DNA from: an uncultured virus (IMG/VR IMGVR_UViG_3300030685_000002)
Lineage: Duplodnaviria; Heunggongvirae; Uroviricota; Caudoviricetes
Virus record (IMG/VR): IMGVR_UViG_3300030685_000002
Length of the DNA stretch: 64,000 bases
Strand: one strand, 5' to 3'
Shown: piece by piece, positions 36,645-47,336 of the stretch
How the letters are laid out: each line of letters starts with the position of its first letter
Numbering within the stretch: position 1 is the first letter of the stretch
Program-made: the position numbers and the translations under genes
Notes under the pieces: generated by a model
Databases searched by the model: none
What the model saw: the letters and a program-made list of their open reading frames with translations, nothing else
Told to the model about the DNA's origin: nothing

Positions 36645-37628
36645 ATGTATTTAGTTATAACAGAACAAGTAGAAGTTGACGGTGAATTATTCTATGAAGG
36701 TGTTTCATGGAAAGATTATCATAAAGTTCCTGAAACAACAAAAACTATTAAATATGGTAGACTTTATAATTGGTATGCTGCCATAGATGATAGAGGAATT
36801 GCACCAGAAGGATATCATATTCCAACTATTGCTGAATGGGGTAATTTAGTTGATTATTTAGGAGGAACATATGTTGCGGGTGCTAAAGTAAAGGAACTTG
36901 GAGATGAACATTGGTTATGGCAAGACCCAAATACTACTAATGAAAGTGGGTTTACTGCATTACCAGGTGGCCAATATGATACTGTTAGTGGTTCTTATAA
37001 TATGCGTGGAAATGCTTCATGGTGGTCTACTTCTCGATATTCTACTAATCTTGCACTTTTTAGTGGCGTACAATTAGATGCTGATGTTTTTGGACATAAC
37101 CAAACTAGTTATTTAGATATAGGTTTTAGTATTCGATGCATAAAAGATAATGAAATAAATGAAGGTTCAGTTACAGATATAGATGGTAATATATACAATA
37201 CTATTAAAATAGGTAATCAAGTATGGTTACAACAAAATCTTGCAACAAAACATTATCGTAATGGTGATTTAATTAGTAGTAATTTTGCTGGAATAGAAGG
37301 AGCAGTTATAGCATATAATAATGATGAAAATAATGTATATAATTTTATTCAAAATGATATTAAAGGTTTTATTATTACTTATAATAATATTGATTATATC
37401 ATTCCAGATGATAAAGCTATTGAGACGCCACGATTTACTAGAGAACAGAATATACCATTTGGAGAGTATCAGTATCGTACTCATTCGGATAAGACAACAG
37501 AATATTTTGAACCGGTTGAAAAGTATTTTGGTATTGATATGAAAGAGAATTACTCGGCTCAGTTCCGTGATGGTATAAATCCTCATAAAGATATAAATGG
37601 AAGTATTTTCAAAGAAGACTCGGATTAA
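36645..37628 (+). CDS. Protein with circularly permuted Fibrobacter succinogenes major (Fib_succ_major) domain
   Basis: YGRLYNWYAA, PEGYHIPT.AEW, GFTALPGG, WWST, GFSIRCIKD, then VTDIDGNIYNTIKIGNQVWLQQNL. Confidence 0.85.
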   Translation: MYLVITEQVEVDGELFYEGVSWKDYHKVPETTKTIKYGRLYNWYAAIDDRGIAPEGYHIPTIAEWGNLVDYLGGTYVAGAKVKELGDEHWLWQDPNTTNESGFTALPGGQYDTVSGSYNMRGNASWWSTSRYSTNLALFSGVQLDADVFGHNQTSYLDIGFSIRCIKDNEINEGSVTDIDGNIYNTIKIGNQVWLQQNLATKHYRNGDLISSNFAGIEGAVIAYNNDENNVYNFIQNDIKGFIITYNNIDYIIPDDKAIETPRFTREQNIPFGEYQYRTHSDKTTEYFEPVEKYFGIDMKENYSAQFRDGINPHKDINGSIFKEDSD

Positions 37629-38100
37629 TAAAAAGGTAAAAGAGTTTAGGAAAGAGGAATTTGATTATCATGATGTGGTTAATGAAAACAATAAGTTTGG
37701 CGTACGCAAAACGGCTTACATAGATACCCTTTTTAGACCTCGTTTATCTCATGTGACCTTTTCTACCAATACGCATCCGAAAAGCCAAATTATAAGAGGT
37801 ATGGCCTATAAAGTGTTCTTTGCATATGTTTCTATAATAGTAGAAGAACTCTTTAAAGGAAATACTATAAAAATAAATAAAGTTGGGTTATTAAGTTTGA
37901 TGACATTGACATCAAGTACTAAATACCAAGGTCGTCAGAAAGACAAAGAACGTTCAAAGAGAAAAGGATTTTATACTCGTATTAATTGCGATTATTTTTT
38001 TTCTCCGGATAAGATAAGATATGGTTTCCCTTATGTATCATTTGGGAAGTTTTATAAAAATAAATTACATTCATTAGAAGATAATAATATAAAATTTTAA
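37597..38100 (+). CDS. IHF/HU-like protein
   Basis: KVFFAYVSIIVEELFKGNTIKINKVGLLSL; position in the tail module as in crAss-like phages. Confidence 0.55.
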   Translation: MEVFSKKTRINKKVKEFRKEEFDYHDVVNENNKFGVRKTAYIDTLFRPRLSHVTFSTNTHPKSQIIRGMAYKVFFAYVSIIVEELFKGNTIKINKVGLLSLMTLTSSTKYQGRQKDKERSKRKGFYTRINCDYFFSPDKIRYGFPYVSFGKFYKNKLHSLEDNNIKF

Positions 38101-38102
38101 TC

Positions 38103-38471
38103 ATGGCAACAATTGACAAAACAAAGTATGCTGCAGCAAGTACTGCTAAGACAACGACACCTTCTAAAGGTTATACTAAAGAACAAGTGCAACAAGCACA
38201 AGGTAAATCATCTGTTCCTGCTAAAACATCGGCTCCGGCCAGTACACAGATGTCAGAAGAACAAACTGCTCAAATGATACAAGAAATTATCAAAATGTTA
38301 CAACAAGGTGCTAAGCCGGAAGATATTCTTGCTAAACTAATACAGGGTGGTATTCCACAAGCACAGGCACAACAGTTGATTCAACAAGCTACTGATCAAC
38401 TACAGTCACAAGGACAATCACAAGCAACACCACAGACAGCAACTTCTGTAACAGAACAACCAATGCAATAA
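38103..38471 (+). CDS. Gln/Ala/Thr-rich protein
   Basis: Low-complexity ends around a helical core (LQQGAKPEDILAKLIQGGIPQAQA). Confidence 0.7.
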   Translation: MATIDKTKYAAASTAKTTTPSKGYTKEQVQQAQGKSSVPAKTSAPASTQMSEEQTAQMIQEIIKMLQQGAKPEDILAKLIQGGIPQAQAQQLIQQATDQLQSQGQSQATPQTATSVTEQPMQ

Positions 38472-38473
38472 TT

Positions 38474-38653
38474 ATGAATAAGCGTTCGACAGCACACGAC
38501 GAAGAGTACTACCAGAAACTGAAAGAGGTAGTAGAGGATAGCAATAAAGAGTATAGACCAAATGAGTTGTATGTAAAGACAGCAAGGAATGTACATGGAG
38601 TTTTTGCTTATCAAAATATAGAATTAAAATCTAATAAAGATGAATCCGAATAA
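38474..38653 (+). CDS. Hypothetical protein (59 aa)
   Basis: Manual ORF MNKRSTAHDEEYYQKL...ESE* fills the operon gap. Confidence 0.6.
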   Translation: MNKRSTAHDEEYYQKLKEVVEDSNKEYRPNELYVKTARNVHGVFAYQNIELKSNKDESE

Positions 38654-39293
38654 TAAATTCTTTACAGCAGCCGAAATATATGTTCGGTTGTTGTCTGCGT
38701 TTCCAATAAAAGGGACTCAGATAAGTAAGATACAAATAATGCGATGGTGTAGTGAAGTTGTTTCAGAATATCTTACTGATCCAGTAGGATTAATTTTGAA
38801 TAAGAAAGTTCAAATTGGAGAACCTACTTCTGTTGATGATCCTACATTAGTCATTCGTTCTAATCGTGCATTGGTTCCACCTGATGTATTCAAATTAGAA
38901 AATGTTTTTGATGAATCCGGTCAGAAGATAAAACATAGTACTTATCAAGGACAGTATGTACAGTTTAGTACTACTAAGACCCCTCAGAAGTGTTTTATTG
39001 ATTACTATTCATTGCCGGTTGATGAAGTTGGTTTTCCACTTGTAAAACGTGGATATGAAACAGCATGTTATGCTTATTGTATTAAGAAGATGCATGAAGA
39101 GGATGCTAGTATTATTCCACCTCGTATTGCTCAATGGAGATGGCTACAGATATGTCAGGATTCTGATTATGAAATACAGGCTGCATATGTTAGCTGGGGT
39201 GATTTATCAAACAATGATATAGAAGAGATTCATAATTTCATTATTAGTCCGGAATATAAATTCATTACAAAAAGACATTACCATGCAACATAA
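38640..39293 (+). CDS. Tail tubular/ring protein
   Basis: IDYYSLPVDEVGFPLV; immediately before the muzzle gene. Confidence 0.7.
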   Translation: MNPNNKFFTAAEIYVRLLSAFPIKGTQISKIQIMRWCSEVVSEYLTDPVGLILNKKVQIGEPTSVDDPTLVIRSNRALVPPDVFKLENVFDESGQKIKHSTYQGQYVQFSTTKTPQKCFIDYYSLPVDEVGFPLVKRGYETACYAYCIKKMHEEDASIIPPRIAQWRWLQICQDSDYEIQAAYVSWGDLSNNDIEEIHNFIISPEYKFITKRHYHAT

Positions 39294-42200
39294 TAATACA
39301 TTTCTAGGTGGTATGAAAAGAGGTATTGATAATACGTTGATGCCACAGAATAGTTATACCTATATGCTTAATGGAAGTATTGTTTCTAAGGACGATCATG
39401 GGTTTACTATTACCAATATCCGTGGTACAAAAAACATTGCTTCTTTTGGTACTAATGAAGTTCCTATTGGATGTGTATCATTCAATGGCATCATTTATAT
39501 TGTAACTCATGATTTCGATAATGAAAAAATAAATTTTTATTCATTCAAAGGAAGTAATGGTACTATATGGGTAGAAGAAACACTTCTTATTATTCCTAAT
39601 GGGCCAAATGATAGACTTTCTATTAATCAATCAGTACTTGGTTTTACAAAAGGAAAATTACTTGAAATGATTGCTAAAAATAGTTATGATGGTTCTGTTG
39701 ATTTATATATCTGTGATGGACTTAATAAGAATATTATTATCAATACCGGTATTGACCAAGATGGTAAAAAAACACTTCGTTCATATACTAATCTTGATGA
39801 TATTGTATTGTTTGTTCATCAAAAAAGTATTACTAAAGTTCCGGATGTTCAAGGACAAGTAAAAGACAATGGTTCAATTAAACCAGGTACTTATTTTTTC
39901 TATATTCGTTATGAAGATGAATCATTAAATACAACACCATTCATAAAAGAAGTTGGTCCATTTTATATTCATAGTGGTTCGAAAGAGTTTAATAGTTCTT
40001 CAGGAGTATTGAACACTGGTGAACAAAGAGTATCAAAACAAGTACAATTACAGATTACAAATACCGACTCAAACTATAAAAAGGTTTCTGTCGGTTTTGT
40101 CCATTATTATGGAACCTCAGATACTTTGAGTAAGTCAATGCAACTTATTACTAAGTCTACAAAGATTATAAATGGTTCGGTCAATATTATATTCAATGGT
40201 AATAATGGAGTTCAAGATATTACATTTGAAGAACTCTTTAAAGATAATATGGCTTTTGATATTGCGGAAACTGAGGTACAACATGAAGATAGATATTATG
40301 GTGCTAATTGGAAAGGTCGCGCTATTGATTATAATATGCTTAAAGAAATGGCTTCTCTTATTATTCCTCATGCTGTTATTAAAAATGAAAATAATATTGA
40401 TAAAGTCTATGACCAAGATTCAAAAGACTTTGAATATATGGAAGATGAAATCTATCCTATGGGTGTTTCATTTTTAATTGATGGTCAATATAAAACACCA
40501 GTATTTCCTGTTTGTGGTTGGTATGAAGGAGTAACACTTACTAATGCCAATGGAACAATACCAGACATGAATTATACAGACTTTCGTACCTATATTGATA
40601 ATAGACATCAGTACTTCAATGAAAGTCCCGCAGACACACTTAAAACGATTGATAACTATAATGGTCTTTATAAGTTTCCAAGAAAAGGAGTAATAAGTCA
40701 TAGTACAAATGCTGATGATTTAAAACAACTTCATTTTAAACTTATGGGTGTAGAATTTATTCGTGACTTTGCTTATGAATATTATCAAACTAATAAAGCA
40801 TTACTTCCCAATATAACTACTATTTATTTTGTACAAGGTAACCGACAAGAGAATGTCGTATGCCAAGGTTATAGTTGTGCTATGGTAGAAGCTGTTGGTT
40901 TTAAAAATACCTTTGAATGTTATCGTGGAGTATCGCCAACAACTGCAGGGGATAGAGAAGTTAGTCAATCAACTAAACTAGGAACTCATAATATTGATGT
41001 TGCTTTTCCATTTTTAGGTGGTGATAGAAAGTTATTTCCAGTAATTAAAATCGAAAGATATTCTCAAGGATGGAGTATTACTAAATGGGGTGTTACTGAG
41101 TTACAGGTAATGAATAAAGAAGAAATATTAGTTCGCGAACAAGAAACTGATGCTAGTCAAAAATGGACATATTATAATAATCCAACTGCAAATGATATGT
41201 GGGCAAGATATTATGACCATAGGGATTATTTTCTTGGATTAAAAACTAATAAATATAGTGTATTTACTCCTGACCTTTTACTCAATAAAAAATTAGTTAT
41301 TGTTGGAGATTATTATTTACGACCAAAAGTAAAGATTGATGCACTTGGTCAAGGTTTTAATCCTCTTGTAACTGATAATAATATAGAAAATAAATATAAA
41401 CCACATACTAGTTCAATAATAGCTTATCAAGATTTATCAGAACGTCTTATTGAACCAAGTATATCAAACAATTATCATATAATATCAAATCCAATTGCAA
41501 TAAAGATAACTGCAAATATTATTCAAGAGAATCAAGTATTATCTACTACAGGTTTTTCAAGTAGAATGAAAAGTATTTTAGATGTTTTTGGTGATGAAGT
41601 ATGGGATGGTAGTAATGATCCACCACAAAAAGTAATTGAAAATTATTTTGATCAATCTAGAGATCAATTAAAAGATGCCGGTATTCTTATTAATAGAACA
41701 AAAAAAAGCACAACTGACAATGAAGTAGATGTACGTCCAGTTATAATAAGTTTTGAAAATATTGATATTGAATGGCCATTTGGATCACGTCTTGTTTCAC
41801 CATTTGAGAATAATCTTGATTCAAATTCATTACCAGTAGTAGCGACTAACTTATCAATGACTGCAACACCTTATTTTGGTTGTACAACAACAAAAGTTGG
41901 AAAGTATCATTCAGAAGCAACTGTGTTTACAACGGATAATCCGGATTATCGTAATTTGAATAGTGCTATTGTTGATATATGTAAATATGCTACAATTCAA
42001 GAATACATTGATTCTATAAAAAATTCATATAATATTCTTGATGAAAATTATTCAATAATAGATAATGACAATTCGTGGTTTGCAGAAGAAAATTATGTTG
42101 CAAAGAAATTTTATAAAGGTGATTTGTTTTCTCAAAATACATTTATGCGTTGTATTCGATGGAATACCTTTCCTGAAAATATTACTAACTGGGAACGTTC

Positions 42201-43662
42201 ATGGCAATGTGGTATAGCGTTTAATATGTATCTACAGTCATTTACCAACTCAAATTTGAGAGTTCCTAGTGCAGATGATACATTCTATCCATACGTACTT
42301 AAAAATGCCTTAGAAGCAAACTATGATACCATAGTGCAAGATTTTATATGGAGAAACAAAACAAATCAATTCTTTAAAGAGTCATGGGAGATAAATGGTG
42401 GATATAATGAAACAAAAGGAACATATACATTATTGCCATTTGATGAGATATTTACTATGAAAAGTAATACTGCAGCAAATAGAATTTACTTTAGTAATGT
42501 ACATGTTGATGGCGCTTTTGTAGATCAGTATAGACAGTTACCAATAGGACAATATCAAGACTTTAATTTTGAAGGTGGAGAGATAAAAAAATTAGTTACT
42601 ATCAATTCTACTTTATTTATTATCCAAAGAAAGAATATTATCCAATTGTATGGTTCAACGAAACTTCAATCGAGTCAAGATAGTTCTGAGATAGTACTTG
42701 GTGATAAAACTGTTCTTTCTTCTCAGTCAAAGAAAATTGCTGACTTTGGAACTACTCATAAAGAAAGTATTTGTAGTGGTGATAAAGGATGTTATGGTGT
42801 TGATTGGGATAATGAAAAGATATGGAGAATTGCCGGCGCATCAACAACTAGTGGTAATGTTCTTTTTGGTGCAGAAGATTTAGTAACTAGTAAACAAGTA
42901 ACTGATATTTTCAAGTTCATTAAAGGTATAATTACTAAACTTCCACAAGATTTATATTCAGAAGAACAAACAGGTATTATAAGTGTCTTTGATGAAGAGA
43001 ACAAAGAAATACTGTTTACTTTTAAACTAGGTAATGGTAATTACTTTACTTTAGTATTTAATGAAAAACTTGATTTCTTTAGTGGATTCTATTCTTATGA
43101 TACAAATTTCTATATGAAACTTGATTCAAGATTATTTTCATTCTCTAATGGAATAGATGCAAATCGGTTTACTATTTGGGAACATAACAAAGGAGATTAT
43201 CAATATTTTTATAATAATACTATTCCTAATAATTTTGAACTTGAATTTATTATTAATGGTTCTGCAGAGAAACAAGATGTAAGTTCATTTGAAAAAGAAT
43301 TTCGTTCTCACTTAATGGTAATGTGTCCAGAAGAAATAGAAAATATTAGTTGGAAAACAGAATATCAAGAATCGGAAAAAAAGGCTTTTATTAATAATGC
43401 AGAATTTTGGACTAATCCTGAATATAAAGAACATGCATGGAATATACCTATAATTCCTTCAACTAATAAAAATAATTTTGGACCATTAAGTACTCAAACT
43501 TTTAATACCTTTGAAGCAAAATCACAGATGCGTGGGCAATGGATTAAAGTAAAGATAGTATATAAAGGAAAACGTTTATTAGGTAATGTTGATAAATCAT
43601 ATATTCCTAAGTATTTCTATCTTAAAAATGTAATTACTAACTTTATAATATCTTATTCGTAA
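39283..43662 (+). CDS. Tail stabilization / muzzle protein (P22 gp10-like, crAss type)
   Basis: NTFLGGM..D...P..SY...LNG; Y..DEIY.MG; TLVFNEKLDFFSGFYSY; SQMRGQW. Confidence 0.85.
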   Translation: MQHNNTFLGGMKRGIDNTLMPQNSYTYMLNGSIVSKDDHGFTITNIRGTKNIASFGTNEVPIGCVSFNGIIYIVTHDFDNEKINFYSFKGSNGTIWVEETLLIIPNGPNDRLSINQSVLGFTKGKLLEMIAKNSYDGSVDLYICDGLNKNIIINTGIDQDGKKTLRSYTNLDDIVLFVHQKSITKVPDVQGQVKDNGSIKPGTYFFYIRYEDESLNTTPFIKEVGPFYIHSGSKEFNSSSGVLNTGEQRVSKQVQLQITNTDSNYKKVSVGFVHYYGTSDTLSKSMQLITKSTKIINGSVNIIFNGNNGVQDITFEELFKDNMAFDIAETEVQHEDRYYGANWKGRAIDYNMLKEMASLIIPHAVIKNENNIDKVYDQDSKDFEYMEDEIYPMGVSFLIDGQYKTPVFPVCGWYEGVTLTNANGTIPDMNYTDFRTYIDNRHQYFNESPADTLKTIDNYNGLYKFPRKGVISHSTNADDLKQLHFKLMGVEFIRDFAYEYYQTNKALLPNITTIYFVQGNRQENVVCQGYSCAMVEAVGFKNTFECYRGVSPTTAGDREVSQSTKLGTHNIDVAFPFLGGDRKLFPVIKIERYSQGWSITKWGVTELQVMNKEEILVREQETDASQKWTYYNNPTANDMWARYYDHRDYFLGLKTNKYSVFTPDLLLNKKLVIVGDYYLRPKVKIDALGQGFNPLVTDNNIENKYKPHTSSIIAYQDLSERLIEPSISNNYHIISNPIAIKITANIIQENQVLSTTGFSSRMKSILDVFGDEVWDGSNDPPQKVIENYFDQSRDQLKDAGILINRTKKSTTDNEVDVRPVIISFENIDIEWPFGSRLVSPFENNLDSNSLPVVATNLSMTATPYFGCTTTKVGKYHSEATVFTTDNPDYRNLNSAIVDICKYATIQEYIDSIKNSYNILDENYSIIDNDNSWFAEENYVAKKFYKGDLFSQNTFMRCIRWNTFPENITNWERSWQCGIAFNMYLQSFTNSNLRVPSADDTFYPYVLKNALEANYDTIVQDFIWRNKTNQFFKESWEINGGYNETKGTYTLLPFDEIFTMKSNTAANRIYFSNVHVDGAFVDQYRQLPIGQYQDFNFEGGEIKKLVTINSTLFIIQRKNIIQLYGSTKLQSSQDSSEIVLGDKTVLSSQSKKIADFGTTHKESICSGDKGCYGVDWDNEKIWRIAGASTTSGNVLFGAEDLVTSKQVTDIFKFIKGIITKLPQDLYSEEQTGIISVFDEENKEILFTFKLGNGNYFTLVFNEKLDFFSGFYSYDTNFYMKLDSRLFSFSNGIDANRFTIWEHNKGDYQYFYNNTIPNNFELEFIINGSAEKQDVSSFEKEFRSHLMVMCPEEIENISWKTEYQESEKKAFINNAEFWTNPEYKEHAWNIPIIPSTNKNNFGPLSTQTFNTFEAKSQMRGQWIKVKIVYKGKRLLGNVDKSYIPKYFYLKNVITNFIISYS

Positions 43663-44063
43663 TGGCCGTTTATCAACCCCCTAAAAGAAATTCCACTGGC
43701 GACACTTTGTCTGCCGGTGGTTCTGGTTTAATGACACTTGGTAGCACTTTAACTGCTACAGGTATTGGTGCAGTACCAGGAGCAATAATTGCTGGTATTG
43801 GTGGTATCGCTAGTTTATTTGGAGCTAGTGCTAAGAAAAAAGAAGAAGAAAGACAACTAGCTTATCAAGAAGATTATCAAAATCAAATAGTAGGTGAAAA
43901 AAATCAATTAGCTTCTTCGGAACAAGTATCAGAACAAAATAGAATGATGTACACACAAGAAGGTGTAAGTCAAAGTTTGAAGTCGATTAATCAAATGGTC
44001 AATCCTTCTAATCAAGTTCCATCAGGTGGTGGTACAGGAATTATAAATCAAAGACTAACTTAA
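43662..44063 (+). CDS. Internal virion/ejection protein
   Basis: Gly-rich hydrophobic segment followed by KKKEEER coiled coil. Confidence 0.6.
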   Translation: MAVYQPPKRNSTGDTLSAGGSGLMTLGSTLTATGIGAVPGAIIAGIGGIASLFGASAKKKEEERQLAYQEDYQNQIVGEKNQLASSEQVSEQNRMMYTQEGVSQSLKSINQMVNPSNQVPSGGGTGIINQRLT

Positions 44064-44067
44064 TATT

Positions 44068-45051
44068 ATGGCTAAATTATTTAATCCCAAATTATCATTT
44101 ACTCCACCATATACTACTATGGATAATGGACTAAATATGTTATTGAAAAAGAAAGTTGATCCACTTGTTCCTTTAATGAATGACGAACAACGTTTAGCAT
44201 TGAGAACAGAACAAACTCCTAGTGCATTACCATTACCAACTCCGGCACCGGTATCAGTAAGTTCAAAACCATTAGATGCATTATCAAATACAAGATATAT
44301 TGATAATTCATCGGAAGTACTTGCAAATAATACTACTAAACCTGTAGTCCCTGGCGATAAGAAAGGTATCTATGGACTATCTAAATGGGCTAACATAGCT
44401 ACTGGTGTCAATACTGCTTTAAATATCGCTACAGACCTTATAGGAGTAAATAGAGCTAGTGATTATAAACCGGCATTTGTTCCTTATCAAGCACCTATTG
44501 AAGCAACACATGTATCTCTTATGGATGCAGAACAAAAACAAGCAATGACTGATAGTATGAATAGTCAATTGAGTGGTGCTAGAGAAGCTAATCGTCGTTT
44601 TGGTTTAGTAGACCCATCACTTGCTACAAAAGGTATTTATGGTGCTAATCAAATATCATCAGAGATAAGTAAGATAAAGAATCAAGAAACACAAATCAAT
44701 GCTCAAACAGATAATCAGACTGGTGCAATAAATGCACAATCATTAGCACAACGTAATGCGGCCAATACATCTATTCAGAACGAGGCTGACAGGTTTAAAT
44801 CGGGTGTGATAGGTCAAGGTATCAGTCAGATTAAAAATGACCTTACAAGTGGTTTAAAATCAATAATTGATAATGCTAGTATTAGTGCAGTAAAAAATCA
44901 ATCTATAGAAGATGATACAGTAGCTTCATTAGAGAATCAATTAGCAACAGAAGATAATCCGGTAAGACGAAAAGTAATATATGATAATCTTACTAAAGCT
45001 AAGGCCAGTCAACAATCATTTTATAAACGAACTTGGGGAGGACGTAAATAA
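44068..45051 (+). CDS. Internal virion (cargo) protein
   Basis: Synteny; Asn/Gln/Ala-rich helices. Confidence 0.55.
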   Translation: MAKLFNPKLSFTPPYTTMDNGLNMLLKKKVDPLVPLMNDEQRLALRTEQTPSALPLPTPAPVSVSSKPLDALSNTRYIDNSSEVLANNTTKPVVPGDKKGIYGLSKWANIATGVNTALNIATDLIGVNRASDYKPAFVPYQAPIEATHVSLMDAEQKQAMTDSMNSQLSGAREANRRFGLVDPSLATKGIYGANQISSEISKIKNQETQINAQTDNQTGAINAQSLAQRNAANTSIQNEADRFKSGVIGQGISQIKNDLTSGLKSIIDNASISAVKNQSIEDDTVASLENQLATEDNPVRRKVIYDNLTKAKASQQSFYKRTWGGRK

Positions 45052-47318
45052 TGTCAATATGGGGAAACAATATTAATCCGGTTGGATATGCGGCACAGAA
45101 TCAAACAGGTCCCGGTATATCTCTTGACCCACGTATCTTATTAGCTAATGAGGGTAATAAAGCCAGTAGAGCAAGAACTTCTACTCCTAAAGCAGCAAGT
45201 GATGATAAGATGGAAGAACTATTACCTGGTCATACAAAAGCATTATATGATTATCGTAATCAAATTACTAATCGTATCAATATGCTTCCAAGTATTTATA
45301 CTGAAAAGATAAAGAATGAATCTGATCCAGAGAAACTAAAACAATATGAAACTGCTTATGATGCTGAGTTGCAAGATTTGTTTCAAAAGAAATCACAATT
45401 TGGAGTTGCAGAACAACAAGCTAAGTTTGCTAAATCTCAATGGGAAGGTTTAAATACTGAAATAAATAAAAAAGGTATTGGACAAGAAATAGCTGTTACT
45501 AATCCAAATTTAGGTAAGGCTCAAAGTGCTGAGGACTTCTTACAATTGGATAGACCATTTGCTTTAGACTTTAGTAAAACACCTAGTGGTCGTAATGCAG
45601 TAAAACTTCATAGTTACAATACTCTTCAAGAACGTAACTCATGGGATGCTGGCATTACTCCTGATGGTACTGGTGGCATTGCTCCTAGTCATACATTAGA
45701 CCCATCATTAAAGATGATGAACTCACTTGATTTTAGTAAAGAGATTAAAGGTAGAATAGATACTGCTTCAGCTAAACAAATGGCTTATGCTGGTAATAAA
45801 GATGATGGTTTAAGAAGTTGGGACTGGTCACGTTCAGATAACTATAATAATATGAAAAGTGCTGCTAGTAGTATGTGGCAAAACTTACCGGAAGATGCGC
45901 GTGCTTATGCTATGAGCTCAGCATTAAATGGTACTTTAATAGTTCCTACAGGTACCACATCAGTTGCTAAAGATGCAAAGGGCAGACCTATTACTAAGAA
46001 TGATTATACTCGTGCTAGTGGTGAGCAAGTTGTTGCAAGTATTGAATTGCTTAAGCAACAAGCAAAACGAATACCTACATCAGATGTAGAAGCTCGTGAT
46101 AAAAATTTAGCAGAACAAAAACGATTAGCTGATGCTATTATGACAGAAGCACAACGTTATGTTTACGCTACTGCTGCAAATGATACTAAAGGATTACGTG
46201 ATTTTAATTCTAGTAATAAATCTGGTATTTCCGAATTACTTAAACATGATGAAGCGGAAGATAAAAATGCTATTTCAGCAATTGATATTATCTATTCTAA
46301 ACCTACTAATCCAACTACCGGTAGTTTCTTTACTGAGAATCCTAAAGATGGTATGTTGAACTTTAATAACCCAACAGTTTATAGTAGTAAGATTACTGGT
46401 GATGAACGTAAGGTTCTTGAAAATTCATTATTCCCAGAATTAGGAGTACAAGGGAAAACAGAAAAGGTTACCAATCTTCCTATGGCTATGTTTAATGGTA
46501 TTGCATTTAAACCGGATGTTGTATTTGGCGATGATAAAAATGCGCAGATTATGGGTATCAATTCTGATTTGATAAAAACAATACGTTTTGATAAAACACC
46601 GAAAGACCAAGGAGGTTATTTGCTTTCACGTATTCAAACAGATGCTAATGGTCAACCTATTGTTCAGAACTATGTAACTACTATGGTACGTGCTACTGGT
46701 GATACTAAGTTACCTTTTGCAGTAGATGGTAAAAATCCTGTTCTTACACCTATTTCTCAGTTAGCAAAGAATCCAAAAAATCATATAAAGAAAGTAAGTG
46801 ATGCACCTGGTTTTGGTTTCGGATTTGGAGAAGATATATATGAAGTACCATTACAAGCTGAGGGACCATCTACGGCAGCACAGGAAGGACGTAATGCTAT
46901 CAATAAGTATAATATCAATAAACAGAAAGAAGCTATGGCAGAAGGTAATCTTATTGCCGGTGGAGAATCTGTTATGAATAATGCTCAACGTGAAACAAAC
47001 TTAGCAAGAACACGTAATCTTCAAAACAAATATTCTAAGAATGGATTTATTGATGACCAAGTAACTAATAAAGTTTATGTTGGTAAAACACCACAAGCAA
47101 GACTTGTTGATATACAAGCAAAAAATAATATTGATTTCAAAAGTGATCCTCAAAGGTCATATATGAAAAGTTTGAATATTATCAATAATCTTGAAACATC
47201 CGGTAAACTTCAACCGGGAGAAAAAGAACAGTATATCAATATGCTTGATAAACAAAAACAAGAACAATCAAATCCAAATGATAATTACAATTTTGGAAGT
47301 AGACAATCAATTCAATAA
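45051..47318 (+). CDS. Internal virion (cargo) protein
   Basis: 755-aa ORF directly before the giant RNAP gene. Confidence 0.55.
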   Translation: MSIWGNNINPVGYAAQNQTGPGISLDPRILLANEGNKASRARTSTPKAASDDKMEELLPGHTKALYDYRNQITNRINMLPSIYTEKIKNESDPEKLKQYETAYDAELQDLFQKKSQFGVAEQQAKFAKSQWEGLNTEINKKGIGQEIAVTNPNLGKAQSAEDFLQLDRPFALDFSKTPSGRNAVKLHSYNTLQERNSWDAGITPDGTGGIAPSHTLDPSLKMMNSLDFSKEIKGRIDTASAKQMAYAGNKDDGLRSWDWSRSDNYNNMKSAASSMWQNLPEDARAYAMSSALNGTLIVPTGTTSVAKDAKGRPITKNDYTRASGEQVVASIELLKQQAKRIPTSDVEARDKNLAEQKRLADAIMTEAQRYVYATAANDTKGLRDFNSSNKSGISELLKHDEAEDKNAISAIDIIYSKPTNPTTGSFFTENPKDGMLNFNNPTVYSSKITGDERKVLENSLFPELGVQGKTEKVTNLPMAMFNGIAFKPDVVFGDDKNAQIMGINSDLIKTIRFDKTPKDQGGYLLSRIQTDANGQPIVQNYVTTMVRATGDTKLPFAVDGKNPVLTPISQLAKNPKNHIKKVSDAPGFGFGFGEDIYEVPLQAEGPSTAAQEGRNAINKYNINKQKEAMAEGNLIAGGESVMNNAQRETNLARTRNLQNKYSKNGFIDDQVTNKVYVGKTPQARLVDIQAKNNIDFKSDPQRSYMKSLNIINNLETSGKLQPGEKEQYINMLDKQKQEQSNPNDNYNFGSRQSIQ

Positions 47319-47336
47319 TAAATACTCAATATAATT

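Noticed and set aside
36645..37628. Diversity-generating retroelement
   Set aside because: The target-type fold is present, but no reverse transcriptase and no adenine-variant template repeat were seen in the window.
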